64,000 bases of DNA from assembly GCA_050246315.1 (NCBI GenBank), contig JBFWWG010000009.1, positions 20,001 through 84,000 of the forward strand. Direction: 5' to 3'. A model generated the notes under the pieces. That model did no database searches. It saw nothing but the letters and a program-made list of their open reading frames with translations, and had not been told where the DNA came from. Position numbers and translations under genes: made by a program. Of the stretch, positions 30,028-41,377 are shown piece after piece (within the stretch, counting starts at the first letter, position 1; every line of letters begins with the position of its first letter). Origin of the DNA: Nitrospiraceae bacterium (GTDB lineage Bacteria > Nitrospirota > Nitrospiria > Nitrospirales > Nitrospiraceae).

Positions 30028-30558
30028 TTACGTCTCCTGCTTCGCCGGTTCAGGCCACATGAACGGCCCGCTCTTCAAGGGCGATGTGCCGGCCCGTTTG
30101 AGATCGGCCAGAACCTGATCAAGCTTCTGCTCTGTGAGGTGCTCATAGTAGTCGTCGTTGATCTGCATCATGGGACCGGTACCACAAGCGGCCAGGCATT
30201 CCACCGCGCTCACGGTGAAGAGTTTGTCCGGCGTTGTCTCCCCGGGGCCGATCCCCAGTTTTGCCTTGAGCCAGCCCAGGACGGTGTCCGAGCCCACCAG
30301 GGCGCACATGAGGGATTTGCACACCTGAATGTGAAACTTGCCGACCGGCTTTAAGTTCAACATCGTGTAGAAGGTCACCACCTCGTAGACCTGAGGAGGC
30401 GTCAGGCGTAACAATCCTGCGATCTCGATCATGGCCTGCTCGCTGATGTAGCCCTCTTCTTGCTGCGCCAGGTAGAGCAACGGAATCAGTGCCGAACGTC
30501 GTTCCGGATACCGTCCCAGAATCTCGTCGATCTCTTTTCCGTACTGTTCTCTTAACAT
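30028..30558 (-). CDS. nuoE: NADH-quinone oxidoreductase subunit E
   Basis: RSALIPLLYLAQQEEGYIS, QVCKSLMC, VECLAACGTGP. ATG at 30558. Confidence 0.96.
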   Translation of the reverse strand: MLREQYGKEIDEILGRYPERRSALIPLLYLAQQEEGYISEQAMIEIAGLLRLTPPQVYEVVTFYTMLNLKPVGKFHIQVCKSLMCALVGSDTVLGWLKAKLGIGPGETTPDKLFTVSAVECLAACGTGPMMQINDDYYEHLTEQKLDQVLADLKRAGTSPLKSGPFMWPEPAKQET

Positions 30559-30642
30559 GCAGTCTACTCTTCGATCGAGGCTGTCGAGATCTCCCCAAGT
30601 GCGCGCCTTCTTGTATTCACCCTGGCCCCAGCCACTCGCAGC

Positions 30643-30773
30643 GTGAGGTGCAGATGTGTTAGGCCAATTGCGGCCGTCACGACCCGTTGCGCTAAGGAGG
30701 GCGCAACGGGTCCCCCGGCACATTCTGATTGTGCGCGCTCCGGGAGCACAGGGCTAACACATCTGCGCCTCAC
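30643..30773. repeat. 131-bp MITE/REP-like element with 20-bp terminal inverted repeats, inside the nuo operon
   Basis: GTGAGGTGCAGATGTGTTAG / CTAACACATCTGCGCCTCAC (19/20) and an inner hairpin GACCCGTTGCGC...GCGCAACGGGTC. The right arm contains the nuoCD stop codon. Confidence 0.7.
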
Positions 30774-32521
30774 CGATCACATTCCCCCATGACGATATCG
30801 TACGTGCCGAAAATCGTGATGATGTCCGAGATCAGATAGCCGCGAGCCATATGGTCGAACGCCCCCATGTGGATGAAGGAAGGGGCGCGAATTTTCATTC
30901 GGTACGGGCGTGGGCTCCCGTCGCTGATCAGAAAGAATCCCAGTTCGCCCTTGGGCGCCTCGGTGGCGCAGTAGGTTTCGCCCTTGGGCGGCTTGAATCC
31001 CTGGGTAAAGATAATGAAGTGGTGGATCAGACTTTCCATGTCCCGCATGACCTTTTCCTTGGGCGGAGGAATCACGGTCGGGCTGTCGGCCATGATCGGC
31101 CCTTGAGGCATCTGGTCCAGACATTGGCGGATGATCCGGCAGCTCTGGTGCATCTCCTCCATCCGGATCCAATAGCGGTCGTAGGTATCGCCGTTCTTGC
31201 CGACCGGCACCTCCCAATCCACCTTGTCGTAAGCGCCGTACGGTTCGTACTTGCGGACGTCGTAATCCACGCCTGATCCGCGCAACGTCGGTCCGGTGAG
31301 GCCGAAACTGATCGCGTCCTCTGCCGAAATGACGGCGACCCCCTTCGTGCGGCCGAGCCAGATCCGATTATTCATGATCAAGCTGTCGTATTCGCGGATA
31401 TGCTCGGGAAACGTCTCGAGAAAGGCCTTGAGGCGCGCGATGAGGTCCGGGGTGAGATCGGCGTCCACTCCGCCGATCCGGTAATAGTTCAGCGTCAGGC
31501 GCGCCCCGCAGAGCTTTTCGAACATGTCGAGCAGCACCTCACGCTCCCGGAAGGTCCAGAAAAAAACGGTCATAGCACCGATGTCCAACGCCTGCGTGCC
31601 CAGCCAGAATAGATGACCGATGATGCGCTGCATCTCGGCCACGATCGTGCGGACGTACTCGGCCCGCTCCGGCACGGTGATCCCGACCAGCTTTTCCACC
31701 GCTCGAACATAGGCGTAGTTGTTGGTCATCGAGCAGACGTAGTCCAGCCGGTCGGTATGCGGGATGACCTGCATATAATGGAGACCTTCGGCCAACTTTT
31801 CGACGCCACGATGCAGGTACCCCAGGTCCGGCGTGGCCTTTACGATCCGCTCCCCGTCCAGTTCGAGCACGACGCGCAAGACTCCGTGGGTGCTGGGGTG
31901 CTGAGGGCCCATGTTCAACAGCAGCTCTTCGGTCCGTTGCGAGGAGGCCGGCGGGCCTCCATTCGCAAGAAAAGCCTGCTTGTCCGCGACAGAGATCTCT
32001 CCGGCCAGTTCGGCCGGCGGTTCGTCCAGGCGTGGAATGAACGGGAATGACCCGCGCCATCCACGGCCCTCCGCCGGAAAGTCCTTTCGGAGCGGATAGC
32101 CCTCGTCGTAATCCTCCGGCATGAGGATGCGGCGCAAATCCGGATGTTGTTCGAAGACGATGCCCATGAGGTCGTAGACCTCCCGCTCCATGAACTCGGC
32201 TCCGCGCCAGATCCCTGTCACCGAGGGCAGCGAAGGACGGTCCTCTGTCAGCCGGGCCTTGATGCGGATCCGGTGCCGGTGCGGCAGTGAAAGGAAATGG
32301 TAGATCACCTCGAATCGTTCGGGCGCGTCCGGATAATCCGCGGAGCAGATGTCGGTGATATGATCGAACGACAACGCCGGCTCGTCGTGGAGAAAGTGGC
32401 CGATGTCCAGAAGCCGATCGGCCCGCACGTGCGCCGAGAGATCTCCACGAGACAGATCCTCGTGGAGCTCCAGCACCGTGTCGGGAAACTTGGCCTTGAG
32501 TCGTTCGAGCACCGGATGCAT
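30770..32521 (-). CDS. nuoCD: NADH-quinone oxidoreductase fused subunit C/D
   Basis: NuoC EREVYDLMGIVFEQHPDLRRIL..YPLRKDFP fused to NuoD NMGPQHPSTHGVLR...EAPKGELG...DIVMGECDR. Start moved to 32521. Confidence 0.96.
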   Translation of the reverse strand: MHPVLERLKAKFPDTVLELHEDLSRGDLSAHVRADRLLDIGHFLHDEPALSFDHITDICSADYPDAPERFEVIYHFLSLPHRHRIRIKARLTEDRPSLPSVTGIWRGAEFMEREVYDLMGIVFEQHPDLRRILMPEDYDEGYPLRKDFPAEGRGWRGSFPFIPRLDEPPAELAGEISVADKQAFLANGGPPASSQRTEELLLNMGPQHPSTHGVLRVVLELDGERIVKATPDLGYLHRGVEKLAEGLHYMQVIPHTDRLDYVCSMTNNYAYVRAVEKLVGITVPERAEYVRTIVAEMQRIIGHLFWLGTQALDIGAMTVFFWTFREREVLLDMFEKLCGARLTLNYYRIGGVDADLTPDLIARLKAFLETFPEHIREYDSLIMNNRIWLGRTKGVAVISAEDAISFGLTGPTLRGSGVDYDVRKYEPYGAYDKVDWEVPVGKNGDTYDRYWIRMEEMHQSCRIIRQCLDQMPQGPIMADSPTVIPPPKEKVMRDMESLIHHFIIFTQGFKPPKGETYCATEAPKGELGFFLISDGSPRPYRMKIRAPSFIHMGAFDHMARGYLISDIITIFGTYDIVMGECDR

Positions 32522-32607
32522 CGTCGTCCATGCGTCAACCGTCATGGGTCAAGCGTCATGGGAATCCACGATCCCCTCGATTGACGAATGACCATTGACG
32601 AATGACC
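32522..32607. repeat. Heptamer-periodic inverted repeat between nuoB and nuoCD
   Basis: GTCAACC GTCATGG GTCAAGC GTCATGG ... GATTGAC GAATGAC CATTGAC GAATGAC. Confidence 0.75.
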
Positions 32608-32609
32608 AC

Positions 32610-33089
32610 CTATTTCACGAACACCTTCTCGCGCTGGATTTTCTCCTGCAATTTCATCAGCCCGTCCAGCAGGGCCTCGGGCCGCGGCGGACAACCGGGG
32701 ATATAGACATCCACCGGCACGATTTGATCCACCCCCTGCACCACACTGTAACTGTTGTAATGGTTGCCTGAGGTGGCGCAGGATCCCATGGAGATCACGT
32801 AGCGCGGCTCGGGCATCTGGTCGTAAATCCGGCGGATGACCGGAGCCATCTTGCGCGTCACCGTGCCCGCGACGATCATGAGGTCGGATTGACGCGGAGA
32901 AGCGCGGAAGACGCCGGCGCCGAACCGGTCGATGTCGTAACGCGACGAGACGGCCGCAATCATTTCGATCGCGCAGCAGGCCAACCCGAACGTCATCGGC
33001 CAGAGCGCGGACTTGCGGGCCCACCCGACCAACGCATCCAGGTTCGTGGTGATGATGTTCGGCTCGAATTGCCGCTCGAGAACGCTCAC
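32610..33089 (-). CDS. nuoB: NADH-quinone oxidoreductase subunit B
   Basis: [38 protein letters not shown]. Confidence 0.97.
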   Translation of the reverse strand: MSVLERQFEPNIITTNLDALVGWARKSALWPMTFGLACCAIEMIAAVSSRYDIDRFGAGVFRASPRQSDLMIVAGTVTRKMAPVIRRIYDQMPEPRYVISMGSCATSGNHYNSYSVVQGVDQIVPVDVYIPGCPPRPEALLDGLMKLQEKIQREKVFVK

Positions 33090-33134
33090 GTCATTCGCTC
33101 CAGTGCTGAGTGCTGACCTATTGGAATCATCCTG

Positions 33135-33506
33135 CTAATCCCACTCCAGGGCGCCCTTTTTCCACGCATACCATAAGCCCACGACCAGGATGGCGATGAA
33201 CAGCATCATTTCAAGCAGCCCGACCAGTCCGATCTTCTGAAAGACCACGGCCCAGGGAAACAGAAACACGACTTCGATATCGAAAATCACGAAGAGCATC
33301 GCGATGACGTAATACCGCATCGGGAACTGCACCCGCGCATCCTGAAACAGCGGGCTTCCGCTCTCGTAGGGGACCAGTTTGGCCTTGTAGGGCCGATGTG
33401 GACGTACGATCTTACCGGCTACCAGCGACACCAGCCCGAACGCCAGCGCGATGCCGATGAACAGCAGGATCGGAATATAATTGAGGGGCGTTGCCTCGGT
33501 AGCCAT
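33135..33506 (-). CDS. nuoA: NADH-quinone oxidoreductase subunit A
   Basis: KLVPYESG, YYVIAMLFVIFDIEVVFLFPWA, YAWKKGALEWD. Confidence 0.97.
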   Translation of the reverse strand: MATEATPLNYIPILLFIGIALAFGLVSLVAGKIVRPHRPYKAKLVPYESGSPLFQDARVQFPMRYYVIAMLFVIFDIEVVFLFPWAVVFQKIGLVGLLEMMLFIAILVVGLWYAWKKGALEWD

Positions 33507-33510
33507 CGCG

Positions 33511-34764
33511 CTATTGCACCTCGAACCCGGTGGACGGTTGAAGGATGGAGCCGAAGAAGGGCTGGTGGTTCAACCCTTCCAACCCCTGCCCGCTCGTCGC
33601 CGCCAAGCCCTTTTGCTGGATCAGGAGCTTGAAGGTCCGCCCCATGCCTTCTGGCCGCAACAATTGGACGATTGCCTGAAATTCCGGCGAGCCAGGCTCC
33701 AGCGATTCGAGAAACGATTCCACGCCCAAACTGATGAGGAAGCTCATCTGGTTGGTGAAGCCCGTCAGGTCCAGCCCGACTTCCCGACCAACCTGGGCCA
33801 GGGTCGTGAAATCCACGTGGCTGGTCAAGTCCTGTTCACCGACCCGGATCAACGGATTCTCCGCGATCATGTGCCGGTAGTATCCCAGCAATGTGCCTTG
33901 CCGACGATCCGGTCCATAGAGGTCATGGGCGGCATGGCCGTAGTCGATCGTGATCACGTAACCTCGAGCAAGGGTGCGGGCGATCTCCCGCATCCAACCC
34001 ACGGCGGCGAGATTCACCTCGGCGCAGGCGTCTTCCGGCAGTGTGATGCCCGCGCGGGAAAAATAGTCGGACAGGGCCGGTGTGGATAGAGGCCCCGGAG
34101 TTTCTTGAAATTGGTCTTGCGAGAGGCTCACGTAGAGTTCCTCCAGCCGGCCCTGCCTCATCCGGACTCGATGGACTGGAAAGGCATCCACCAATTCATT
34201 GGACAGCAGCACCCCGGTGACGCTCTCCTCGCCCAACGAGGTCAAGTCCTCCGCCCACACCACCTTTCCCGGAATCGAGACCCACTCGGCCAGGTTCTCC
34301 TGTTGGACGCGCCGATGCACCGGACTCCGGTCCACCAACACGTAGCTCCCCCGGGCAAACAGATCTTTGTATCGCTCGGACCAACAGGTCAGGATGTCCC
34401 TAGCCAAGAGGCCCTTCCCGGCCCCCATTTCGACGACGGTGAACGGCGACGGATGGCCAAGGACTTCATCCATTTGAGCCAGTTGCTTGGCGAGCGCCCA
34501 TCCGATGGCTCCATGCACGTCTGAACTGGTGTAGTAGTCTCCGTTCCATCCGATACGCTCGCCGATGTCTCCATGATCCGGGTCGGAAGGTAACCGGGTG
34601 TAGTATCCGTACGTTGGATGATACAGCGCCAAGTCCATGAAATGAGCAAAGGTGATCGGACCGGCCTGCTCGATTTCATCACGGATCAGACAGAGCAACT
34701 CTGGCACACCCTCGCTTGGAGACTCTCGTTTTGTCGAGTGAGTATCAGTCGATGCCAGCTTCAA
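33511..34764 (-). CDS. MidA/NDUFAF7-family SAM-dependent methyltransferase
   Basis: GPITFAHFMDLALYHPTYGYY, DYYTS, VVEMGAGKG, SNELVDAFP, TIDYG, QDLTSHVDF. Confidence 0.92.
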   Translation of the reverse strand: MKLASTDTHSTKRESPSEGVPELLCLIRDEIEQAGPITFAHFMDLALYHPTYGYYTRLPSDPDHGDIGERIGWNGDYYTSSDVHGAIGWALAKQLAQMDEVLGHPSPFTVVEMGAGKGLLARDILTCWSERYKDLFARGSYVLVDRSPVHRRVQQENLAEWVSIPGKVVWAEDLTSLGEESVTGVLLSNELVDAFPVHRVRMRQGRLEELYVSLSQDQFQETPGPLSTPALSDYFSRAGITLPEDACAEVNLAAVGWMREIARTLARGYVITIDYGHAAHDLYGPDRRQGTLLGYYRHMIAENPLIRVGEQDLTSHVDFTTLAQVGREVGLDLTGFTNQMSFLISLGVESFLESLEPGSPEFQAIVQLLRPEGMGRTFKLLIQQKGLAATSGQGLEGLNHQPFFGSILQPSTGFEVQ

Positions 34765-35048
34765 GAGACACCAAGAGCCCCGAGACTTTTGTCCGGAAAA
34801 AGAGGGGCTTAGGGTAGCGGTTCGGCGCGCGCAAAGTCAATCGCGAGAGAGGAAGAAGGAAAACCGAAGAAGGACCTTCTGCGAGGTGTAGCAGCCAGTC
34901 ATAGCTTCCGTGCAGAGGATCTCGTGTAGTAGAGTCCGAAACGTCGCCCAATGATGAGTCTGGCCACCAGAGTGAGTCGAGCGTCGCTTTCGTGGTGATC
35001 GGACCGAGTCGGCCAATGTCCGAAAAATGAAATCCTGAGTATGACACG

Positions 35049-36578
35049 ATGTTCCCACCTCGCTGTAGGCGGTCACGCGCACCGGCTGTGGCCTTGATCG
35101 CCGTTTTAACGTTGAACGGTTGCGGCGGTGGAGACAGCACCGGTACGCCGCCGGTGATACAAGCCCCAACCGGATTATCGTATCCAACGCCTCCGACCTA
35201 TTTTGTGGGGGCGGCGATCGATACGCTGACGCCGACTGTCACGGGCATGCCCACAGCATACAGCGTGTCGCCGGCGCTCCCGCTCGGGCTGACCTTGAAT
35301 CCGACTCACGGCTGGATCACCGGCACGCCAGCCGTGCCGATACCGGCGGCAAGCTATGTCATCCGGGCGGAGAATGCGGGTGGCGCGGCGAGTACATCCC
35401 TTCTCATCACCGTTGATCCGCCCGCTCCGGTGCTCCGACTGGAACCGATCAGCGGGACGACCATCGGCATCGGGCAAGCCCTGGACCTCCACGTGGCCTA
35501 TAGGAGCCTGAGCACGGACCCCTATCCGGCCTATGTCGACAAAGATCAGGTCGCGTGGAATTCCTCGCAGCCTGCGATTGCGACCGTCGGACCAGATGGA
35601 GTGGTGTCTGGGGTGAGTCAGGGGACGACCATGATCACGGCATCGTACCGATCCCTCTCGAAGCAAGTTCCGATTGGAGTCGGTGGCACCTATCTCAACA
35701 GAGAGGTGACCGTACCCGGTCAAGGAAGCCGACGGTACGCCATACTGTCTCCCTCCGGGGTGGCTGCCGGCAAGCCGCTACCGGTGCTGGTGACCATGCA
35801 TGGCGGTGGTGGAACGGCTCGCATCCAAGCATCCACGTCTCTGCTCAGCGCGCTCGCCCAAACGCGGAAGGTACTGGTGGTCTACCTCGAAGGCAGCGGA
35901 GTCATCCAGACGTTTAACGCCGGAAGCTGCTGTGGATATGCCCAAACCAACCAGGTTGACGATGTGACCTACGTGCGTGCCGTGTTGGACGATCTTGCGG
36001 TGCGTGACGTGATCGATCCCGCCCGTATCTATGCTACAGGGTTTTCAAACGGCGGCATGATGGCGCATCGTCTTGCCTGCGCGCTGGCCGATCGACTGGC
36101 GGGCATTGCGGCGATCGCAGGGGCGTCGGGACAGTTTGACAAGGATCTTAACCAGTTCTATGCCTGCAATCCCGCACGTCCCATCCCCGTTCTCCACGTG
36201 CACGCCACGAACGATCGCAATTACCCGTTCACCGGAGGCGTGGGAAGCGGGATCTCCAGTACAAATTTCTATCCCGTCGCCTCGACGGTCTCCGATTGGA
36301 TTGTCCGCAACAATGTTACGGCACAGGCCGTGACAGAATTCCTCGCACCGACCACGATCTGTGTGCGATATGCCAGTCCGGCGGATGCGGCGAAGCCGAG
36401 TGCCCCCGTAACCCTGTGCACCGTCGATCCGCCGGATGTGTACGACCCTACGACCGAAGTCGTATTCGGAGGCGGGCATTCCTGGCCAGGCGGGAACCGC
36501 TCGCCCTCTCCTTCCAGCGATGTGCCGGTGACGGATTTCAGCGCCAATGACTACATGTGGCGCTACTTCGGCAACTGA
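35049..36578 (+). CDS. Lipoprotein: Ig-like domains plus LpqC/PHB-depolymerase-type serine esterase
   Basis: Lipobox LNGC; Ig-like segments (LPLGLTLNPTHGWITGTP; WNSSQPAIATVGPDGVV); HGGGG, NAGSCCG, GFSNGG nucleophile elbow, GGGHSWPG. Confidence 0.85.
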   Translation: MFPPRCRRSRAPAVALIAVLTLNGCGGGDSTGTPPVIQAPTGLSYPTPPTYFVGAAIDTLTPTVTGMPTAYSVSPALPLGLTLNPTHGWITGTPAVPIPAASYVIRAENAGGAASTSLLITVDPPAPVLRLEPISGTTIGIGQALDLHVAYRSLSTDPYPAYVDKDQVAWNSSQPAIATVGPDGVVSGVSQGTTMITASYRSLSKQVPIGVGGTYLNREVTVPGQGSRRYAILSPSGVAAGKPLPVLVTMHGGGGTARIQASTSLLSALAQTRKVLVVYLEGSGVIQTFNAGSCCGYAQTNQVDDVTYVRAVLDDLAVRDVIDPARIYATGFSNGGMMAHRLACALADRLAGIAAIAGASGQFDKDLNQFYACNPARPIPVLHVHATNDRNYPFTGGVGSGISSTNFYPVASTVSDWIVRNNVTAQAVTEFLAPTTICVRYASPADAAKPSAPVTLCTVDPPDVYDPTTEVVFGGGHSWPGGNRSPSPSSDVPVTDFSANDYMWRYFGN

Positions 36579-36757
36579 GATGGCGTCGGGAAGGTGGCGC
36601 CGCGCCTGCCCAGTGCCGGCTCTCGTCATGCATGCGGAACGTTTTTCTCAGGGATCGAGGTGGGGGCGTGCTCTCATCGCGGCCGCCGAGCGAGAGACTT
36701 CTTAAGCGCGGGCTCCGGGAGCACCAGAGTCACGCCCAACCCAGGTCCCCCTCCCCA

Positions 36758-39460
<2,703 letters not shown>

Positions 39461-39587
39461 AGTGGCTCTGTCATCTCGTCGGGGAATTCATCCTGTTTGC
39501 CTCAGGCGGGAGACCAGGCGTAATGGCCGGAGTATACAGCAAACGAAAGAACGAATCATACCAAGAAAGACGATCGGACTGCCAGAC

Positions 39588-39617
39588 TTGACAGGAGGCC
39601 GCCGAAATTCTTAGCAT
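39588..39617 (+). promoter_or_regulatory. Putative sigma70 promoter ahead of the His/Cys-rich leader ORF
   Basis: Perfect TTGACA followed by an 18-nt spacer and TAGCAT. Confidence 0.55.
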
Positions 39618-39625
39618 CAGGGCGG

Positions 39626-39982
39626 ATGTTTACGTACCTCTCGTCGAGATCCATTGCGATGGCCGCCAGCCGGTCGATCACCGGTGCGCGCCCTGTGGTT
39701 GCGCTCGTTCTCGTCGTCCTGCTGATCGGGCTCTCCGCAATGCTCTACCCGGCCAGCGTGCCCCATCTGATGCACCACGCGCAGCACCAGACGGGCACGC
39801 ACGGGACGGCTCTCTGTTCCTGGGAGTGTGCCGCGGGGCAGGTGGCGGACCACGGCGCCCTCAATCTGCCTTTTGTATCGCTCGCCTCAGAGCGCGCGTT
39901 TCTCTTGCAGGGCCGCGTCTCCCCCTCTCTGCTTGCGGTCGAAGGATCTTCCCGTTCCCCGCCATCCGTTCATACCGCCTAG
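39626..39982 (+). CDS. DUF2946/CruR/CutF-like leader protein ending in RSPP
   Basis: Hydrophobic N-terminal helix, HLMHHAQHQTGTHG, CSWEC, and C-terminal SSRSPPSVHTA. The start may be the ATG at 39659. Confidence 0.65.
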   Translation: MFTYLSSRSIAMAASRSITGARPVVALVLVVLLIGLSAMLYPASVPHLMHHAQHQTGTHGTALCSWECAAGQVADHGALNLPFVSLASERAFLLQGRVSPSLLAVEGSSRSPPSVHTA

Positions 39983-40099
39983 CTCTCCAAACCTGACATC
40001 CGTCGTTACGTTTCACGCGTAGACATGAAGGATGGTGAGGCGTCCCGCGCCGCCCGAGTGGGCGGGGGAAGGACCCATCCGTAAAGAAGGGAAAGGCAC

Positions 40100-41377
40100 A
40101 TGCGATCCGTCTCGATCGCCCGTTGCGCATTCGCATTATTGGTTGGCGCCATCGGCTCGTTCTTGGAAGCCGGGGCGGTGGATGGGGCGCCGACCCTGGA
40201 TGCGCTGATTCTTGATTCGCCGAAAACGCTGGTGGAAACCCCCGGGCAACTGTCGCCGCCGGCGCTCCAATTCAACCAGGAGGGCCATCTCTACGTGGCG
40301 TGGTTTGAAAAACAGGAGGGGGGAGCGAACGTTAAGGTGGCGCGGGTCGAGGGCGAAGCGGTCTCCAGAGCGATTCAGGTCAACCGCGACGGGGAGGGGC
40401 CTGGCGCCGTGCATCAATCCCCCGGTGTGGCGGTCGGAGCCGGCGGTAGCCTGTACGTGACGTGGTCGTCGGCCAATCAGACGCCGGGAGCGATGTTCGC
40501 GTCGGACCTGCGGCTCGCCCGATCAAGCGACGGCGGCCGCACCTTCGCATCTCCAGTTCCGGTCAATGACGATGGCCTGCCGATCTCGCACTCCTTTGAA
40601 GATATCACGGTCGTTCCCGAAGGAGATGTCTACCTGGCTTGGTTGGACGGACGAAACAAGGAACGGAGCGGAGCGGGAATTCTCTTTGCCCGATCCACGG
40701 ATCATGGCCGCTCGATCGAGCGCAATCTCCAGATCGACGGCATGGCCTGTCCCTGCTGCCGTCCCATGCTGGCGAAGGCCCCGGACGGCCACCTCTGGGT
40801 CGCGTGGCGAAAGGTGTTGGACGGGAACGTGCGCGACATTGTCATTGCCAAATCCGCCGATCGCGGCCGTTCCTTTGATCCCCCGAGGCTTGTGCGGAAG
40901 GACAACTGGGTCTTCACAGCCTGTCCGCACCGAGGGCCCTCGCTGGCGTTCGATCGGTTCGGGCGGATGTATGTCGGATGGTATACGGAAGGGACGGATG
41001 AGCAGCCGCGTCTCTTTGTGGCCACGTCCGACGACCAAGGAAACACGTTTACGGAGCCTGTTCCTCTGCATGTCTCCACGACGTCCGTGCCCGATCAGTT
41101 GCGGATGGCCGTGCATCCCGACGGAGCAATCGTTGCCGTGTGGGAAGAGCTGACCGGGGTCCGAAAGGAAACCGTGATGCGCCTCTCCATGGATCGAGGC
41201 CGATCATTCGGTCCGGTCAAGAAGCTGAGCGCCGCCGCCAAGGCCGAACACCCGACTGTGGCCATCGATCGGAGCGGTCGTGTCGCGCTCAGTTGGTCGG
41301 AACATACATTCCCGATGAACCGACTGTTGGTGCAACAGGGACAACTTGATTTGAACGAGATCACCGGAAAGCCATGA
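40100..41377 (+). CDS. Exported BNR/Asp-box repeat beta-propeller (sialidase-like fold) with CPCC and CPH motifs
   Basis: Repeated SxDxGxTF/SF Asp boxes (SSDGGRTF, STDHGRS, SADRGRSF, SDDQGNTF, SMDRGRSF); MACPCCRP; TACPHRGP. Confidence 0.8.
   Translation: MRSVSIARCAFALLVGAIGSFLEAGAVDGAPTLDALILDSPKTLVETPGQLSPPALQFNQEGHLYVAWFEKQEGGANVKVARVEGEAVSRAIQVNRDGEGPGAVHQSPGVAVGAGGSLYVTWSSANQTPGAMFASDLRLARSSDGGRTFASPVPVNDDGLPISHSFEDITVVPEGDVYLAWLDGRNKERSGAGILFARSTDHGRSIERNLQIDGMACPCCRPMLAKAPDGHLWVAWRKVLDGNVRDIVIAKSADRGRSFDPPRLVRKDNWVFTACPHRGPSLAFDRFGRMYVGWYTEGTDEQPRLFVATSDDQGNTFTEPVPLHVSTTSVPDQLRMAVHPDGAIVAVWEELTGVRKETVMRLSMDRGRSFGPVKKLSAAAKAEHPTVAIDRSGRVALSWSEHTFPMNRLLVQQGQLDLNEITGKP

Noticed and set aside
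30643-30773. Integron attC site (contains GTTAGGC and GCTAAC)
   Set aside because: The core sites are in the wrong order (GTT before AAC), the element sits in an essential operon, and no integrase is present.
18137-33506. Alternative 2M-type complex I
   Set aside because: Only one nuoM is present and nuoEFG are included; this is a canonical operon with fused CD.
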